From positions 464 to 64,463 of the IMG/VR virus record IMGVR_UViG_3300033545_000002: 64,000 bases of DNA; one strand, 5' to 3'. The position numbers were made by a program, and so were the translations under genes. Shown piece by piece: positions 37,801 to 47,392 of the stretch; positions within the stretch are counted from its first letter, which is position 1; every line of letters begins with the position of its first letter. The notes beneath the pieces were generated by a model. The model was not told the origin of the DNA. It saw nothing but the letters and a program-made list of their open reading frames with translations, and made no database searches. The DNA comes from a virus.

Positions 37801-39632
37801 GGTCTTATGGTATTCGTTTGAGAATTGACCGGGCTGGTTGACCTGGAATTCGCTATCCCGTAAATGTAAGTGCTTGTATCCTGAAAATCTCCGGCGCTGG
37901 GTACACTATGCCTCCCAATAGTAGCTATATATCTTCCGGCAGGTATGGTGAAGGTAAACACACAAACAAAAAAACCTCCCGATATAAAGACGTTTCTAGC
38001 TAATGTCAACACATCTGGATTGCTAAAATCAAGCAAAGCGGGTAGCGGAACCAAACTAAAATCCTGGTTCACTTGATACCATTGCCCATCCGTGTAATAA
38101 GGAGTGCCTTTCATGTAACACCTGAAAGCATCCTTGTCTGCGAAGTTGAGTCCGAAGTCTTTGCTTATATTAAAATCTATTCCGGCTTCCGTTGGCGATC
38201 CGCCTGTTCCTCCATAATTCAAGCCGCCAAATCTCATTGTCGTATCCGCTCCGTTATAATACCCAACTTGTGAAATATACCATGCTGAATCTGTCGCCAT
38301 CCCGATATACGCATAAAGCTGAACAGTTCGAGTTGGAACTAAGCACCCGACTTGCGGCTGTTCGGCCACATTAATACTCATGTTGCCCAAAACGGAACTG
38401 CTTAGGTTATCATAATTCCTACGGTTATTAACCAGCAATTCCCCGTCTCCTAAATCGCTGAGTCCGATACTGATCTGAGGAATATCATTTTGCAACCTGA
38501 CAAAATCAGTCTGATCTACTAATTGCAATACATTCGAATTATCGAAGGTGTATTGAATCTGATTCAGATTTGAATTGTAGTTATAGTTAGACCAAGGATT
38601 TGTTCTTGTCCAATAAGGTGTTCCTAAGACCGACGAATCGCTGGTTGATGATCCAGAAAATTTATAAATCGTATCATACAAATACCAATCTGACCATTCC
38701 GTTTCCGGTGGAATATTATTAACAGCGTTGGTATTCTTTCTGATAAAAATATCTATACTTTCCACCATGCAAGACCCGGCGAACAAAGTAAACAGGGCCG
38801 TCTTTGGTAAGATATTAGGATTACTAAGATAATCTTCTGACTTTATGATGAGAGGTAAGGAGTAAGGGCTTGCAGTCGTCTGCCGTCCGTCTGTATAATT
38901 GAATCGATACGCTACCTGAAAAGCCGTATCTATTAACCGATTTACTTGATTAATGAGCGCCGGGGTATTAGCTATCGTCGCCACCAAAGGGGAATACATG
39001 GGTGGACGCATGGGCCATTCCAGCAACTCCCTACGGTCAAAATGCGGAGGAGTAAGCTGCCAGTAAGGGAATAGAGCAGGATTAAACCCGCTGGTTGCAA
39101 TAGCCGCATTGACGTTTATAAATCCCTGCCAGCCTTTGCCGTTCGTATAGACAAGAAACTTTTCGACTATCTGCTTATTGGCATTCAAGACAAACCGAAT
39201 CGACCACCGATGATCGGCCATGAACGCTTCCTGGTCTTCCGAAAAAGGCAAATTCGGGTCAACCACAATAGTACTCACTGCCCCAGTATCACAATTGACC
39301 ACATATAAGCCGTGATTACCGTTTTGGTTGATATTCGCCCAGTAAAGTTCGTTGGTTTCTACGCTAAAGAAACTACCTCCGTTTTTATTCCATCCTGCCG
39401 GGTAAAAGTTTGCTGGGATACCGGAAAGAATTTGATTACTTCGGATCGGGCTTTGCACAAGGGCATTATATCCGGTTTGCGTTCCGTCTTTTGTCCCGGC
39501 TTCTTCCGAAGGATTACCATGCTGATCGAAGCCGACGCCCTTCAAGAAAATTGTCTCTTGCGGAGTGAGGCGCTCGACGGCATTATCAGTGTTTAGGAAA
39601 ATTGGTAGTATTTGTTCTTCCTTTTGCGCCAT
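34824..39632 (-). CDS. Tail nozzle/stabilisation (muzzle-like) protein, 1602 aa
   Basis: Beta-rich, N/S/T-rich; sits after the ring proteins and before the ejection genes as in crAss-like/P22-like tails. Confidence 0.7.
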   Translation of the reverse strand: MAQKEEQILPIFLNTDNAVERLTPQETIFLKGVGFDQHGNPSEEAGTKDGTQTGYNALVQSPIRSNQILSGIPANFYPAGWNKNGGSFFSVETNELYWANINQNGNHGLYVVNCDTGAVSTIVVDPNLPFSEDQEAFMADHRWSIRFVLNANKQIVEKFLVYTNGKGWQGFINVNAAIATSGFNPALFPYWQLTPPHFDRRELLEWPMRPPMYSPLVATIANTPALINQVNRLIDTAFQVAYRFNYTDGRQTTASPYSLPLIIKSEDYLSNPNILPKTALFTLFAGSCMVESIDIFIRKNTNAVNNIPPETEWSDWYLYDTIYKFSGSSTSDSSVLGTPYWTRTNPWSNYNYNSNLNQIQYTFDNSNVLQLVDQTDFVRLQNDIPQISIGLSDLGDGELLVNNRRNYDNLSSSVLGNMSINVAEQPQVGCLVPTRTVQLYAYIGMATDSAWYISQVGYYNGADTTMRFGGLNYGGTGGSPTEAGIDFNISKDFGLNFADKDAFRCYMKGTPYYTDGQWYQVNQDFSLVPLPALLDFSNPDVLTLARNVFISGGFFVCVFTFTIPAGRYIATIGRHSVPSAGDFQDTSTYIYGIANSRSTSPVNSQTNTIRPNAIVTYSKEIEIDCTAGNVDVWGNGADLFYIYCPYVSIYNFRFIEGYFQESQNSPLGMELYSYQTQTGGSIGGSDWGKYTDKNGFYWAYIVSSSAGISDVHIIGNINCVQVNFDIKTAQGGTGWKQNPTAYLSDHNAGIIGDCNRVLLSGTITSLDGTIPYSNIAVSIKDGATVLTNENGQFTLIIHNGFPTPRVSNVYVNSGGNFVITISDCGNIPITQYNEALVPCIPCNIRNYPILLKLAIYIQNTSEQSLKSGGIYVNSVVVGDLAGRLSFMNIISKNPVPSFTERGNTLATYFQWLINGPLNLNQVNPDWKWIAPGVSKNLRESAYTEWVGDYIEYIDNNGNVVSDASSAVYCSISITSLYNYNVARNFSTLATYQFTPGDRVIIMDDGNGNLLTGNPIDLKILGSNYNQAAQTSGLIPSTSTVPIINNNLSNTQSVTTSVTDGSGTTGTTVSLQTVQNTQAITIYVLYDPRLTPLINAKGMWIELWTPADQSSILQFSETQGFYPIINGEVAEFEGYENGVPTYSYPTEIDITFWDTYLFQRNITIPLIGDKYFSHPFESQNISDTFGYDLASGGRVNFNNNLAKQMWYTDEAAKSDNFISNGTLNGVGTFMISNAKRFIDFKSGAIVMVIAVRNVVFFLCENDFFVTDYNFQYIYANEQGVQVANLDEALGSAHPKIGSNYGMRQEDTGSVVIYEDMISWFDLKNQAWVISDYRQAKDISLFNPKEGVTGGMSSYLNSKTRAISNWNATAPNSSRFDVIGGVDTERGNLYLTFRPRRNNSNDPTSYGSTRENIDLNHQETLVYNTITGRFVRFENFTPEAYGKMKGKTTGIQLVTFAAGVPYLHNSGNTSFNQFYGIQYDVSIIGVFNQNQEVSKVFANLVLDTNGPGMYIDFLRTNDPNSFSYVPMNLVKKIENKYYLTLQRNMWSFFPPGIQDAFRSTLIDGKRIYNLYLLFRLIGDPNNRGKYFELKTIYNLVADTVNQKK

Positions 39633-39634
39633 GA

Positions 39635-40825
39635 TTAATAGTAATATCCATAATAACGATCTTCCCGATGATCCATATAGCTAGGTACGAATGCTCTGGG
39701 AGCAATTGTCTTTCCTAATTCCGCTATCCTCATCTTATTTAATTCCAAAAACAGACCCCACTTTTCCCTAGAATATTGCTGGCCAAATGACCCGGCCATA
39801 TCTCTTAATTCAGGATTTTGCTTCATAGAAAAATATTGCACCCCTGTCATGAATGTATCCTTTGCGATATAAGGAATCAGTAAATTTTTCAGATCAATAT
39901 CTTCATAAAATCTTACCAATGCTTTTTCAAATCCGAAGTCATGTGGGAATACCAATCGGTTTCCGTTTTCACTGATATTATATACGTTCCGGTATTCTCT
40001 CCTGAATCTTCCCGGTTCACATCCGCACTGAATGGAAAACCAATCCATTTTATTATCGCAGTAATAAACCCATTCGTTATCATTTGGACTGGGCGGACAC
40101 ATGGCCGTACCGCCAACCGCATAAGGTTCGGTAACGGTTGTTAAATTTCCGGGGTTGATGTTGTTCTGAAAATTACGAATACCACAACTTTCGCAAAGAA
40201 GGTTCACATTCTGTTCCGTATCGCAGATACAACCGTTGGCGTCCGTTTCACATTGACACATCTGGGTTGAGGTCGTTACCAAAATCGTATCCGTCCAAAC
40301 GCTATTTGTATAAACCCTTTGAATGCCCTGGCTCTCTTGATAGACCACTCCGTTTTCTCCAACTGCCAACCGGCTAATGGCATTAAAAGAAATAGGATTT
40401 CCATTCGGCAAAAAGTCGGATACCGTAGTCTGTACGGCTACATACCCTTTTATCGTGTTGCAGAGATTATATCCGCACTTTTTTTCGCAAGCGCAATTTT
40501 TTTCGGCGGGGACTTCTACAATATCGTCAGAAATTTGTACGTTACGGTAAATAACATGCATGACCCCTCTTTCGTCAATAACATTGACCGAACTAACTCT
40601 ATTTGAATTGCATGGCAGGTCCAAAGAATTAGTTCTCTTGTTGACGGAGAATTCTTTTCGTATTGGTATTTTTAGCCTTTTGGCTATTTTTAAAGTTGTT
40701 TCGTTCAGATCATTCCACACATCTTTGGAGCAAGACAGATAAACCCCTTTTTTTCGACGCAATAAATCGCCGCTCCGCAAGCAGAGGTCATCAATTACAT
40801 CCATACAAGGTTGAAATCTGGCCAT
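39635..40825 (-). CDS. Tail ring/adaptor protein with Cys-rich insertions
   Basis: Position in the neck module; clusters CACEKKC and CQC...CIC...CESC. Confidence 0.55.
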   Translation of the reverse strand: MARFQPCMDVIDDLCLRSGDLLRRKKGVYLSCSKDVWNDLNETTLKIAKRLKIPIRKEFSVNKRTNSLDLPCNSNRVSSVNVIDERGVMHVIYRNVQISDDIVEVPAEKNCACEKKCGYNLCNTIKGYVAVQTTVSDFLPNGNPISFNAISRLAVGENGVVYQESQGIQRVYTNSVWTDTILVTTSTQMCQCETDANGCICDTEQNVNLLCESCGIRNFQNNINPGNLTTVTEPYAVGGTAMCPPSPNDNEWVYYCDNKMDWFSIQCGCEPGRFRREYRNVYNISENGNRLVFPHDFGFEKALVRFYEDIDLKNLLIPYIAKDTFMTGVQYFSMKQNPELRDMAGSFGQQYSREKWGLFLELNKMRIAELGKTIAPRAFVPSYMDHREDRYYGYYY

Positions 40826-41499
40826 TATTGAACTTCTGTTTGTTGATTAGGTATTCTTTGCTTTAACTCCTTTTGTTGAGGGGTATAGCTATTATCAATT
40901 CCCTTATTCATAAATTCCGGCATCCCCAACATCTTTCCCAGAACCAAGTTAGATGCGTCGAATGCTACATCCCTGGATATATCCGGATCGATTCCGGGAG
41001 CGTCAAAACTAGATTCCACATCCAATTTAGTAACACATGGAGGGAGATTATACGTGTTTAACCCAGTTCCTTTTATTACAGCGAATTTGAAAAAATTGTA
41101 TTCCGCCTTCCCCTCGTAAAAATATTCTTCTCCGGCTTCAACCAAATCTATTGACTTGCAATCCCCTCCATCATTGCACCCAATAGGATACATACTTACG
41201 ATATGGGCATCGTGCGGCATCCGGAACATATCAAATCCGGTCATGTCCGCCCGTCTCATTCCTATTAGATTAGCTTCGCCCAGTTTAAACGGAAGAATAG
41301 ACAGCAACGGAGATATAAAGTAAAAGGCGTTCCCGTCTTTATTTCTTTTGCTGGCGTTGTAGTATATCCTGAAAACTTCCGCCACAGATAATTTTAAAAA
41401 TTCAAGCACATCTTCTTTACTAAAGCTCCTACTAGTTGCTTTAGCTCTGCCAGAATTGTACATCTGCCAGTTAAGTTCGGAAAGAGTGCTTAATAACAT
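40825..41499 (-). CDS. Tail ring/adaptor protein
   Basis: 224 aa, size and position typical of crAss-like ring proteins. Confidence 0.5.
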   Translation of the reverse strand: MLLSTLSELNWQMYNSGRAKATSRSFSKEDVLEFLKLSVAEVFRIYYNASKRNKDGNAFYFISPLLSILPFKLGEANLIGMRRADMTGFDMFRMPHDAHIVSMYPIGCNDGGDCKSIDLVEAGEEYFYEGKAEYNFFKFAVIKGTGLNTYNLPPCVTKLDVESSFDAPGIDPDISRDVAFDASNLVLGKMLGMPEFMNKGIDNSYTPQQKELKQRIPNQQTEVQ

Positions 41500-41798
41500 T
41501 ATATTTTCTTAAAAAGATAAAAATTTACATAAACTAAAACAAAAATGTCAAATACCCATGCAAATAATTCTATGGGCCTCCATCCAAAAGCGTACAAAGC
41601 AGAAGGCCAAAAAGTAATTGTTCCGCCGACCGACGCACTACATTTTATGCACAACCCCATCGGATTCGAAAACCATAATTTCTGTTTCTTCAACCATTTT
41701 TTATAGCCTTCCAAAATCATTCCGTCGCCCATCGCCTGTTGAAATCCATTTATAGCCAATCCTTGAAAAATAACAAATATCAATATTTCTAACATCAT
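41499..41798 (-). CDS. Small multi-pass membrane protein with CxxC
   Basis: ATGA overlap at 41798; hydrophobic helices and a CIKCSAS motif. Confidence 0.6.
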   Translation of the reverse strand: MMLEILIFVIFQGLAINGFQQAMGDGMILEGYKKWLKKQKLWFSNPMGLCIKCSASVGGTITFWPSALYAFGWRPIELFAWVFDIFVLVYVNFYLFKKI

Positions 41799-42550
41799 AC
41801 TATACTTATTTGGCTTAATGCTTGCGCCCAATCTGAAAACTGTTTATCTCTTGCGTAAATTCCAAACAAATGATTCAGCGCCTTAAAAAGAGGCTGAAAG
41901 GCCGCGTTACCCCACTCCGTATCCACGGTTGTAGTGGCACTTATTGTCCAGGTATCATCCGGATTCATATCGTAACCCACCGTATAAACCAACTCCTGTC
42001 GTACATATAGGATGAAAACTTTGCTCAAATCCGCTGGGCATATACGTATCTGCACCTGTCCTGTTTCTGCATTCTGACCGGTATTGAAACCAATCGGATT
42101 CCAGTATGTTGGAGCCTTGTAAGAACTTGTTGTAAGGTAATCAAATTCTGATTGCGGGACAATAGCAATCGGTCGGCGCTGGCATCCTCCTTTTAAAGTA
42201 GCGGTTAAGAATTGTTGCGCTGTGGAAATTGGAACAACAACCTCCCCGCATTCACCCGCTTTATTTACGATAACGCTAGGCGCTCCTAATATATTCCGGT
42301 AGTTGGTCGGCAAGGATATTAACCCTCCGGATGGTGGAATGCAGGCCACTTGCACAAAGGGAGCAATAATATCTAAAAGCTGAGCATTGTCTGGATATAG
42401 TGCTACGCATTTGTCAATCAAAAAAGAGGTGGCCGTGTTAATCATCGAACTGAATACCCATGGGGGTAGGAAAAAATTCTGAGAACCGTTGCTGACCGAA
42501 ATGAGCGCGGTATATAGATTTTGAAGAGATGATTTGCTACTGTTAAGCAC
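41795..42550 (-). CDS. Head-tail adaptor / ring protein
   Basis: 251 aa, helical N- and C-termini around a beta core, first gene of the neck module. Confidence 0.55.
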   Translation of the reverse strand: MLNSSKSSLQNLYTALISVSNGSQNFFLPPWVFSSMINTATSFLIDKCVALYPDNAQLLDIIAPFVQVACIPPSGGLISLPTNYRNILGAPSVIVNKAGECGEVVVPISTAQQFLTATLKGGCQRRPIAIVPQSEFDYLTTSSYKAPTYWNPIGFNTGQNAETGQVQIRICPADLSKVFILYVRQELVYTVGYDMNPDDTWTISATTTVDTEWGNAAFQPLFKALNHLFGIYARDKQFSDWAQALSQISIV

Positions 42551-42573
42551 ATTTTTTTATTTTAAACATCTTA

Positions 42574-45500
42574 TTAGCATCCGGAACCATTAGCGCCAAC
42601 GAAAATCTGATCCGTGGCTAGGTAGGTCCTGGATGGGAAAGTATACGTACCTGCTGATGTAATCGCAATACAGCTTATTTCAGTCCCGTTCACTTCCAAT
42701 ACCACACTGGACGGAATAACACTAGGCGTTCCGCTGATCGTTATTGAAATAGACCCGGTGAAAGCCGAATGCGTTCCCGTTACTTCGCCGCCAGGATTGA
42801 CAGGGAAGCTACCCCCAGTAATTGCAAATCCTACAATGCCGTTAACGGATGTAATTTGAGATCCTACCATATCGCTCGTAACCTGAACTGTATTGCCGGT
42901 GCAAGACGATCCGGTGTATGATCCCACGACGCCAGTGGACGAATTCAAATTAAATATTTCAGTACTTGCAGACTGAACAACATAAGTATCTCCTGTGACA
43001 GGAGTAGTCAAAGCGCTATCCAGATAAAGAACTTGTCCTACTCCGAAGGCTCCGTTTGTATAGAGCGTTACCGTAGAACCAGAGCAAATCGTTCCGGGGT
43101 TAGTTCCTAAAATATAGGTTCCTGCTGTACCGGATGTACAATTGCTTCCTGTTGCACTTCCTACTACTCCGGTTGTGGAATTAAGATTGTAAATGGCTCC
43201 GTTTAATGTGTTCGCAATCAAAGTGTAGCCAGTTACAGGAGTGGTCAAACCGGAATTGGTATACATAGTCGTTCCCGGACCGAAAGCAACATTCGAGTAA
43301 AGGATAACTGGAGAATCCCCGCATATAGCATAAATCACATTATCCAATAAGAAATTACCGCTAAGAACCCCACCGGCTTGCGTGGTGACTTGGGAAATGA
43401 ATGGCGTTCCGCCGCAATTATTCCCTACCGAAACGTCATAAGTCGTTCCGGGAGTCAATCCTGTAATAAGATACGGAGTAGTCCCGTTTATATTTCCATT
43501 CGGGAAAAGATTTATGCCGCTATTGGCTGTGATCCATGTAGTCGTTCCGTGTATCCGGTATTGCAGGGTAACGATCTGGTTGGCCGTAGGGACGGGCGAA
43601 AAGGTAACGCCATAAAACCCAATCGTACTTGTGCTTGTAGATGAAAAGTTGACCGCAGAAATACCCGGACAAGTCCCCGGAGCAGTGCAGACTATAGCGC
43701 AAAAAGCCTGTTTTACTGCTGTGTTAGCATTAACGGCATTAATGAACGCCATGGCTGCCTGGCTTGAAGTCAAGGTTGTACAAGCTCCGCCTACGATGGA
43801 CAAAAACCGGTCGCTGGCATAGTTGAAGGTAGCATTAGGATTGTCTGAGAAAAGGGCCTGCAATTTTGCGCAAGTGAATGCCACAAGCGTATTGATCCTG
43901 TTGCAAATATTGCAAATCGCGTTTGTCAAGGCTCCATTGTATGACTGCTGAGTGGTATTGGCTTGATAAGTGGTTTGGACGACATTGTTATTGTAATCCA
44001 AGGTGCAAAGTGTGAGTGCATTACCTAATGCCACTTGAAGGGCTGTTAAGTTGCACAAGAAATTGATGATAGCTTGCAAGACTTGAACCAAAGTAACGCT
44101 AGTGGCCTGGAATGCCTGCGTAACATTCGGACTGCTGAAGGTCATGGTGGCGGCCACGTTGGTATTATTAACCGATAAGATCGTCAGGGTGCCGCTGGTC
44201 ACCGTTGCGCTGAAAGTTCCCAATGTGAGGCTATTCAACCAAGCAGCGACCGCCGTAGGATTGTTCCCGAACAGATTAGCAGGAGCGGCATAGGTATTCC
44301 CGTTTATAACCACATTGACCAAAAGAGTAGACCCGGTCACCGCCTGAGAAAGGGAATAGTTTACTTCAGAGGTATTGATAACGCACAAGCCGTTTAATCC
44401 CAAAATACTCCCCGCTGCCGTTACCAATGAATTCAACTGAGCTAACAACGTAGGATCATCTGCAATGGCTGTCAGGATATACCCGGCCATTGTATCATAA
44501 TTGAAGGTTATGATGTACTGAACGGTGTTTGAAATGGCGGTATTTATCTGAATGGTAAATGCCAAATCCCCAGTATTCCCCTTTACTATTTGATAAACGT
44601 TAGAGGCAATATCATAAATTAGGGTATCTCCGGCAGCCGTTGGCGACGGTACGGTTGTTCCCCCCACTCCATTCAAAACGATGGAGGTAACCGCCGGATT
44701 GATTGGGGTAAATTCACTTTGAGTAAGAGAAGATGACCCGCAATCACAAGAAAGATATTTTTTAATATAATCAACTTCAAATTGGGCATCCTGTCCGCTG
44801 GACTGTTTCATAAATCCACTAAGGACAAACATGGAAATATCGGCAATCTGCTGTTTTGCGTTGGCCCCTATAGCATTATTGCATTCCCGGATGGCCGTCT
44901 GCTGAATTTTTTGGATGCAACAAAGGATCTGAGACATTTTATTGTTGCAGGTCACAGGAAAGACTCCCGGCCCGTTGGCTCCTATGATGTACGATACTAG
45001 CACATAAACATCCTGCCCAATGGCATAGGTTGCCACGGATGTACATTGTATACTATATTGACCCGTGTAGACGACGTTATTTGTGATTGGGGTTCTGGTG
45101 AAACTTAGAGGCCCGAGTGTGCCCACTGGATAGTACAAAGTACCGGTTTTTGTGACCGACTGCGGCTGAAGGCCGTTGTAAACCATTGGTGTAACCTCTT
45201 TAACGGTCAGAACGGAATTAATACAATCAGGAGTTAAGGAAAATATTCCGGTAACATAACCGCTGTCCGTTAAATTGGTCGGCTGGCAAATAGTGCTATA
45301 GATAATGTTCGTTTGGTAAATCTGCCCTCCCGTATCTTGTATGGCCGCGTAGATAGCATACGTCTGAAATAAGAAAGCGAAATTGACACTCGACAAATCC
45401 AACACCCATGAAGTAGTTGTTCCGGCATTTGGTATCTGAGGCGTTGTAAAATTGATAGATGCTAACGTAACACCATCCTGATCAATAACACTAAATGAAA

Positions 45501-45633
45501 CAGGGCGGTTGGCTAAGTTCGGCCCTACGGTGAAGGGAAGTAAATTGAAGGTCATCCTCCGATTGTAGATATCAATATTGACACTCCAACCGAAGCTCGT
45601 AATTGTCCCACTATTCACCGATATTTGAGGCAT
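42574..45633 (-). CDS. Large Cys-rich structural protein with FN3/Ig-like C-terminal domains
   Basis: LQYRIHG...ITGLTPGTTYDVSV (FN3); T/S/N-rich; no signal peptide. Confidence 0.65.
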   Translation of the reverse strand: MPQISVNSGTITSFGWSVNIDIYNRRMTFNLLPFTVGPNLANRPVSFSVIDQDGVTLASINFTTPQIPNAGTTTSWVLDLSSVNFAFLFQTYAIYAAIQDTGGQIYQTNIIYSTICQPTNLTDSGYVTGIFSLTPDCINSVLTVKEVTPMVYNGLQPQSVTKTGTLYYPVGTLGPLSFTRTPITNNVVYTGQYSIQCTSVATYAIGQDVYVLVSYIIGANGPGVFPVTCNNKMSQILCCIQKIQQTAIRECNNAIGANAKQQIADISMFVLSGFMKQSSGQDAQFEVDYIKKYLSCDCGSSSLTQSEFTPINPAVTSIVLNGVGGTTVPSPTAAGDTLIYDIASNVYQIVKGNTGDLAFTIQINTAISNTVQYIITFNYDTMAGYILTAIADDPTLLAQLNSLVTAAGSILGLNGLCVINTSEVNYSLSQAVTGSTLLVNVVINGNTYAAPANLFGNNPTAVAAWLNSLTLGTFSATVTSGTLTILSVNNTNVAATMTFSSPNVTQAFQATSVTLVQVLQAIINFLCNLTALQVALGNALTLCTLDYNNNVVQTTYQANTTQQSYNGALTNAICNICNRINTLVAFTCAKLQALFSDNPNATFNYASDRFLSIVGGACTTLTSSQAAMAFINAVNANTAVKQAFCAIVCTAPGTCPGISAVNFSSTSTSTIGFYGVTFSPVPTANQIVTLQYRIHGTTTWITANSGINLFPNGNINGTTPYLITGLTPGTTYDVSVGNNCGGTPFISQVTTQAGGVLSGNFLLDNVIYAICGDSPVILYSNVAFGPGTTMYTNSGLTTPVTGYTLIANTLNGAIYNLNSTTGVVGSATGSNCTSGTAGTYILGTNPGTICSGSTVTLYTNGAFGVGQVLYLDSALTTPVTGDTYVVQSASTEIFNLNSSTGVVGSYTGSSCTGNTVQVTSDMVGSQITSVNGIVGFAITGGSFPVNPGGEVTGTHSAFTGSISITISGTPSVIPSSVVLEVNGTEISCIAITSAGTYTFPSRTYLATDQIFVGANGSGC

Positions 45634-45654
45634 CTACTATTTTTTATTCTTATT

Positions 45655-45685
45655 AAAAAAGGCCGTCCTGTGATGAACGGCCCTT
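45655..45685 (-). terminator. Rho-independent terminator after the capsid gene block
   Basis: Minus strand GGCCGT-TCATCACAGG-ACGGCC-TTTTTT. Confidence 0.65.
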
Positions 45686-45723
45686 GACCTGTCTTTACAG
45701 GATATAATTTACTAACCCAATCC

Positions 45724-46335
45724 CTAAGACGTACACGAACCAGCCGTAATTTGGTCAAGGCTCCAACTAGTGCTAGGCACCCCCGGCTGCGGGCAAAGTT
45801 GAGCAATCGGGAAAGTATAAGAGAATACGATGTAATGCGATACGGAACTTATGTTCGATCTTAAACGCACGTTGCCTATATACTGACCCACATAAGCCTG
45901 AGAAATTAATCCATGTGCATCTGCGGACCCGTTGTCGGCGCGAGATATACAATAAGCAAGCGCGGTCGGTGTCACAAAAAGTGGAATGCCTCCGGGCTGA
46001 CCGATATAGGTTGTAGTAAGGCTTCCGGTTCCGTTAAAGGCTGCTTCTGCATTGGCTACGGAGATACAATCAATGACCACTCCCTGGCCATTCTGTTCGA
46101 CGTACACACCGGTTAAGATGTTTGGATCTGCAAGGTCTGCGGATGACGGCTCAAAGGTTACCAGATATTGAATCTGGTTTTGGCCAGGCACCAAATACCG
46201 CTTAATCCAGGCTGGTCGGGGCGTAAAAGCTCCGATCAAGTCCGCATTAATCGATATCTGATTATTGCTATCGTACCCGGTAAAATGCGGGGCCTTATAG
46301 AGCGCGTATGCCGCTGTTAAAATCGTGTTTGCCAT
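45724..46335 (-). CDS. Putative capsid-associated structural protein
   Basis: 203 aa beta-rich ORF downstream of the MCP block. Confidence 0.55.
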   Translation of the reverse strand: MANTILTAAYALYKAPHFTGYDSNNQISINADLIGAFTPRPAWIKRYLVPGQNQIQYLVTFEPSSADLADPNILTGVYVEQNGQGVVIDCISVANAEAAFNGTGSLTTTYIGQPGGIPLFVTPTALAYCISRADNGSADAHGLISQAYVGQYIGNVRLRSNISSVSHYIVFSYTFPIAQLCPQPGVPSTSWSLDQITAGSCTS

Positions 46336-46340
46336 TTAGC

Positions 46341-47339
46341 TTATTTTAGCTTTGAAACCAATTCTTTAAATGATTGCGTTGCCATGAAAACCTGGTCCTC
46401 GATATAATGATCTAACATCCACTGAATCATTCCCTCTCCTTTTGCCTTGATGTCTGACATGATCAAGTTCTTTTTACCATTCACTTCCAAGGCAATGTGT
46501 CCGTCTTTTGTCAGATCCAATGCTTTGTAGGATTCTGCCTTTCTGAAAGCGTCCTCTACCCCTGCTTTGTACTGACCGATCAGGTAGAAAAAATCTACAG
46601 GTTCGGCATTGGCGTACTCTAAAAGAACTTTATAAATCTGAAGGTCTCCTGACAACAGATTTGTGTCTCCGAATTCAGGCCTGTCCCCCATGATTTTGAA
46701 CAAGTTCTTTATCTCGCTGGGCTTGTTCGAAAGGGTCTTAACGAATATGCCTGCATCGATACTGCTCTCAATCCTCTTTATCGAACCCTGATCAACGTGT
46801 TCATCCGTAATCTCGTAATATCTGTACCCTTTTATGGCCGGGTCCGGATTCTTTGATTTACTGTCCCTGCTTGAAGGATGAACCCGCAAGAAGGTGATAA
46901 ACAACTCATCTTTTTTCGGATCAAACTTATTTTCACCGGCCGAAAGAACAATGGACGCTCCTTTTACATGATTCCCTTCCTGATTATCTCTTACGACGAT
47001 CTTTTGAACATTCTGCTGGTATTCGAAATCCAATGAGCGGCTTTGGGGAAGATACCGAATTTCAATCGCATACCCTCCATTCGTTCCCCAATCCATGAAT
47101 TCGATCTCTCCTTTGTATCCAGGCGTGTTAAACTCAATCTCTGTCCCGTCAGCTTTAGGTTTTCCCGCAATCACTCTCCGTCCCCACACCCTGGCCTGAT
47201 TGATGATCAAGTGACTCCCCACGGGAATATACCTTTTCATCTGTGGCCCCGTAGGCTCTCCTGTTTTCTTGTTTACCTGAGCAACGATTGCCTCTCCCGG
47301 CCTTTCGTTACCTACCTGGATAACATAACCTCCTGCCAT
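46341..47339 (-). CDS. Hypothetical protein downstream of MCP
   Basis: 332 aa clean ORF. Confidence 0.65.
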   Translation of the reverse strand: MAGGYVIQVGNERPGEAIVAQVNKKTGEPTGPQMKRYIPVGSHLIINQARVWGRRVIAGKPKADGTEIEFNTPGYKGEIEFMDWGTNGGYAIEIRYLPQSRSLDFEYQQNVQKIVVRDNQEGNHVKGASIVLSAGENKFDPKKDELFITFLRVHPSSRDSKSKNPDPAIKGYRYYEITDEHVDQGSIKRIESSIDAGIFVKTLSNKPSEIKNLFKIMGDRPEFGDTNLLSGDLQIYKVLLEYANAEPVDFFYLIGQYKAGVEDAFRKAESYKALDLTKDGHIALEVNGKKNLIMSDIKAKGEGMIQWMLDHYIEDQVFMATQSFKELVSKLK

Positions 47340-47392
47340 AAAACACCTTTTTAAAATTTCATCAAATGTTCGACCTCATATAAAGACTACCC

